DNA of 35,285 nt from a virus (Duplodnaviria > Caudoviricetes). This document shows, piece by piece, positions 33,231 through 35,285 of the stretch. A program made the translations under genes and the position numbers. Numbering within the stretch: position 1 is the stretch's first letter; every line of letters starts with the position of its first letter. The stretch lies in IMG/VR virus record IMGVR_UViG_3300017560_000302, positions 1-35,285 of that record. One strand, written 5' to 3'. The notes below the pieces were generated by a model. That model was not told where the DNA came from. It did no database searches and worked only from the letters and a program-made list of their open reading frames with translations.

Positions 33231-33425
33231 TCAACTGTCGCGGTTTCGATCCGCCGCTACCCTACTATGCAATTGAACGATCACACGCTCCAGGAAAGCC
33301 TGCCCCTCCTCTTGAGTTTCTACGCTGCGTGCCGCCAATACCTCACCGTTATAATCGAAAACGACTGCGATATAGGGAAGCCCATCCAATGGTGGCGAAT
33401 AAACTGCAGCTTTGAATGCAGTCAT
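33231..33425 (-). CDS. Hypothetical protein (64 aa)
   Basis: VYSPPLDGLPYIAVVFDYNGEVLAARSVETQEEGQAF; last gene of the convergent accessory operon. Confidence 0.6.
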   Translation of the reverse strand: MTAFKAAVYSPPLDGLPYIAVVFDYNGEVLAARSVETQEEGQAFLERVIVQLHSRVAADRNRDS

Positions 33426-33432
33426 GATTGAT

Positions 33433-33762
33433 TTATACGCTCACTTTCTTCGATAGTAGCAAATTCTCAAAAATCGAAATATCAGTTTCTGGTTCATCCA
33501 GTGGCCTGAAGCAATGCACCCCCCATTCGATCTCAGCGGAAATTGATCCGCAAATCTGCCTCTTATCTATCTCCCAGAATGTAAGCATAACTGCTCCTTC
33601 TTTCGAGAGAGATACCTCTCTAATCGTCAGAACTTCGTTGAGCATCGGGACACGCACCGGCACGGTATCTCTCGTGTCCGAAAAACCGGCGTATCCCCAA
33701 TCATCCGATTTAACGCAAACGCAGCGCATTCCTGGCGAAGCCCAACTCGGCCCATAAACCAT
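33433..33762 (-). CDS. Phage-type hypothetical protein (109 aa)
   Basis: TGATG-coupled to the upstream gene; GMRCVCV...VLTIREV...EI...FRPL...TDISIF pattern recalled from alphaproteobacterial phage proteins. Confidence 0.65.
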   Translation of the reverse strand: MVYGPSWASPGMRCVCVKSDDWGYAGFSDTRDTVPVRVPMLNEVLTIREVSLSKEGAVMLTFWEIDKRQICGSISAEIEWGVHCFRPLDEPETDISIFENLLLSKKVSV

Positions 33763-35285
33763 CAACGGCTCCCCTTGCCACTAGCTCGTTGACCCACCTG
33801 GTACAGGTAAAGACTCTGAGGAGAAACATCTCTATTCGGCGAGACAATTACTCCGAGATTGTAATTACGATGCAATCTCTGACCATGCAAACCAAAGGCC
33901 CAATTGAAAGCCGTTGGCGGGGATTCAATTAGGTATGAATCCGACTTACTGTTCCAAACAACGCTGTTCGCCCCGGACCAGCCATGCCCTGTTCCGCTAT
34001 TACCTCTATTGCCAATATGAATAACGCCATCGACCGCAACGTTGTCCAACAACAGACCAGTTGCCCATCGTTGGTGAGCCTCCACTCTAACGCTCCTCCC
34101 ACGGGCAGAGCAGTTCAACATTACATTAGGCCCTGGCGCTACACTTTGAGTGGCGAGAGCAATGTAATTCCGGCCCCGTAGTTGACAATTTTTGACTAGG
34201 ATATTCTGACCGTCAACAGATATTGCCGCAGGCTGGGCACCTCGATCACGAGAGTTCTCAAATGCTTCAATCTCAAAATCAGAGGCTGTAATACGATTAG
34301 AAGTTTTAAGAAAATTCAATGATGTCGTAAAGCGAGAAACAATTACATTCTGTATTGAGCTATCTTCAATGGCCGAAAAACTCGCAAATATCGCGTGCCT
34401 ATCGATGTCTGGCTGGCGCCCGGAGTAATCGGCTACTGCAGAGAGGTTTGAAATGTGTACGTTGGAGATTCTACCCTTAAATGAGTATCCCCAGACCGTC
34501 CCACCGTCATCCAACTCTATGGAGTTGGTTATCGAACTGTCTACAGTAATTATTTGGCCGGAAATCGACGTTATTCTCCGGTCAAAAAGCAAGCCAGGAC
34601 TAGGTTGCCATTGACGCACGGTTCCAGATGATCGAGATGGAATTTGATCCATTCCTACCGATCTAATCCAGTTTATGGACATAGGTCGCTGCACTATCAC
34701 TGACTGTCCAATAGAGAACAACGAAGAATCCTCGACCGTCAATGACTTTGAACCAACTCCGACATAAGAGGAAATGGAGACCATTGGGGTAATCCTGCGC
34801 CATTGCCCCCGCCCCTGGAGAACCAGAAGTGGCTTGGCAGCGCCCACGGCCCGAACAATAGTCTGCGTCGGGCCCGCACCTCTAATTTGGACCCCGCTGT
34901 GTCGAATGTGAAGGGATTCACTTACCGTGAAAGTGCCTGCCCCCAGTGAAACAATCCCGCGATTACCTGATCCATCTGGAGAGTTACTGGACACTTTATC
35001 AATTGCGCTTTGAATGCGGGCTGCGTCGTCAAGTGAAGAACCAGACGGCAACACCTCCACCTTGAAGCTGCTTGGGCTAACTTCCCCTAACAACTCACTG
35101 CCTGCTGAAGAGAAGTCTGGAATACCATTTCCGCGACTATCTTGATGAAAAACTATTCCACCATTTCCGTCGTTAGATAGCCATTTGAAATCATCATTGT
35201 GCTGGAATGCAAAGGTATGGACGGCGAACCCGAAGGCCAGTACAATTCCGCCAATAAGGGCTACCAATCGCCTCCTTATAACCAT
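33762..35285 (-). CDS. Secreted right-handed beta-helix (pectate-lyase-like) protein, lower GC
   Basis: N-terminal signal peptide (RRR + hydrophobic core + TFA); IPDFSSAG, DDAARIQSAIDKVS, LGAGTF, HQRWATGLLLDN, NRGNSGTGHGWSGANSVVWN. The ATG sits at the window edge, so the upstream context is not visible. Confidence 0.75.
   Translation of the reverse strand: MVIRRRLVALIGGIVLAFGFAVHTFAFQHNDDFKWLSNDGNGGIVFHQDSRGNGIPDFSSAGSELLGEVSPSSFKVEVLPSGSSLDDAARIQSAIDKVSSNSPDGSGNRGIVSLGAGTFTVSESLHIRHSGVQIRGAGPTQTIVRAVGAAKPLLVLQGRGQWRRITPMVSISSYVGVGSKSLTVEDSSLFSIGQSVIVQRPMSINWIRSVGMDQIPSRSSGTVRQWQPSPGLLFDRRITSISGQIITVDSSITNSIELDDGGTVWGYSFKGRISNVHISNLSAVADYSGRQPDIDRHAIFASFSAIEDSSIQNVIVSRFTTSLNFLKTSNRITASDFEIEAFENSRDRGAQPAAISVDGQNILVKNCQLRGRNYIALATQSVAPGPNVMLNCSARGRSVRVEAHQRWATGLLLDNVAVDGVIHIGNRGNSGTGHGWSGANSVVWNSKSDSYLIESPPTAFNWAFGLHGQRLHRNYNLGVIVSPNRDVSPQSLYLYQVGQRASGKGSR

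Larger units (their letters stand above)
195..33762 (-). mobile_element. Temperate siphovirus (HK97/lambda-like) prophage, alphaproteobacterial; possibly defective; boundaries approximate
   Basis: Colinear immunity, replication, packaging, head, tail and lysis modules with many ATGA/GTGA/TGATG coupled junctions. No integrase or att seen in the window. Confidence 0.95.

Overview
Almost the whole window is one temperate, lambda/HK97-like siphovirus prophage of an alphaproteobacterium (Rhizobiales-type; high GC, GcrA homologue). Everything except the repressor and a few small accessory genes is on the minus strand. Reading right to left: a lower-GC accessory operon led by a secreted beta-helix (pectate-lyase-like) protein; the cI/cro switch; an early operon (micro-ORFs, GcrA-like regulator, VRR-NUC nuclease, AAA ATPase, SSB-like, Cas4-like nuclease, frameshifted amino-methyltransferase, primase-helicase, GGTTGG/CCAACC-repeat putative origin); a putative late regulator; HNH, cos region, TerS/TerL, portal, protease and capsid; neck and tail genes with the classical -1 chaperone frameshift; tail tip and fibre; and a GH19 endolysin/holin cassette. 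The left end holds a broken phage gene and two small plus-strand stress-type genes. No integrase, att site, tRNA, CRISPR or reverse transcriptase is visible. The most unusual signals are (i) a 285-aa tape measure protein that looks like an in-frame N+C terminal fusion, (ii) signal-peptide-like leaders on both the major capsid protein and the tail-tip protein, (iii) a GcrA/methyltransferase/GANTC regulatory arrangement, and (iv) a DUF2513-type moron flanked by a 7-bp direct repeat inside the tail operon. All family names come from motif recognition by eye, not from database searches.
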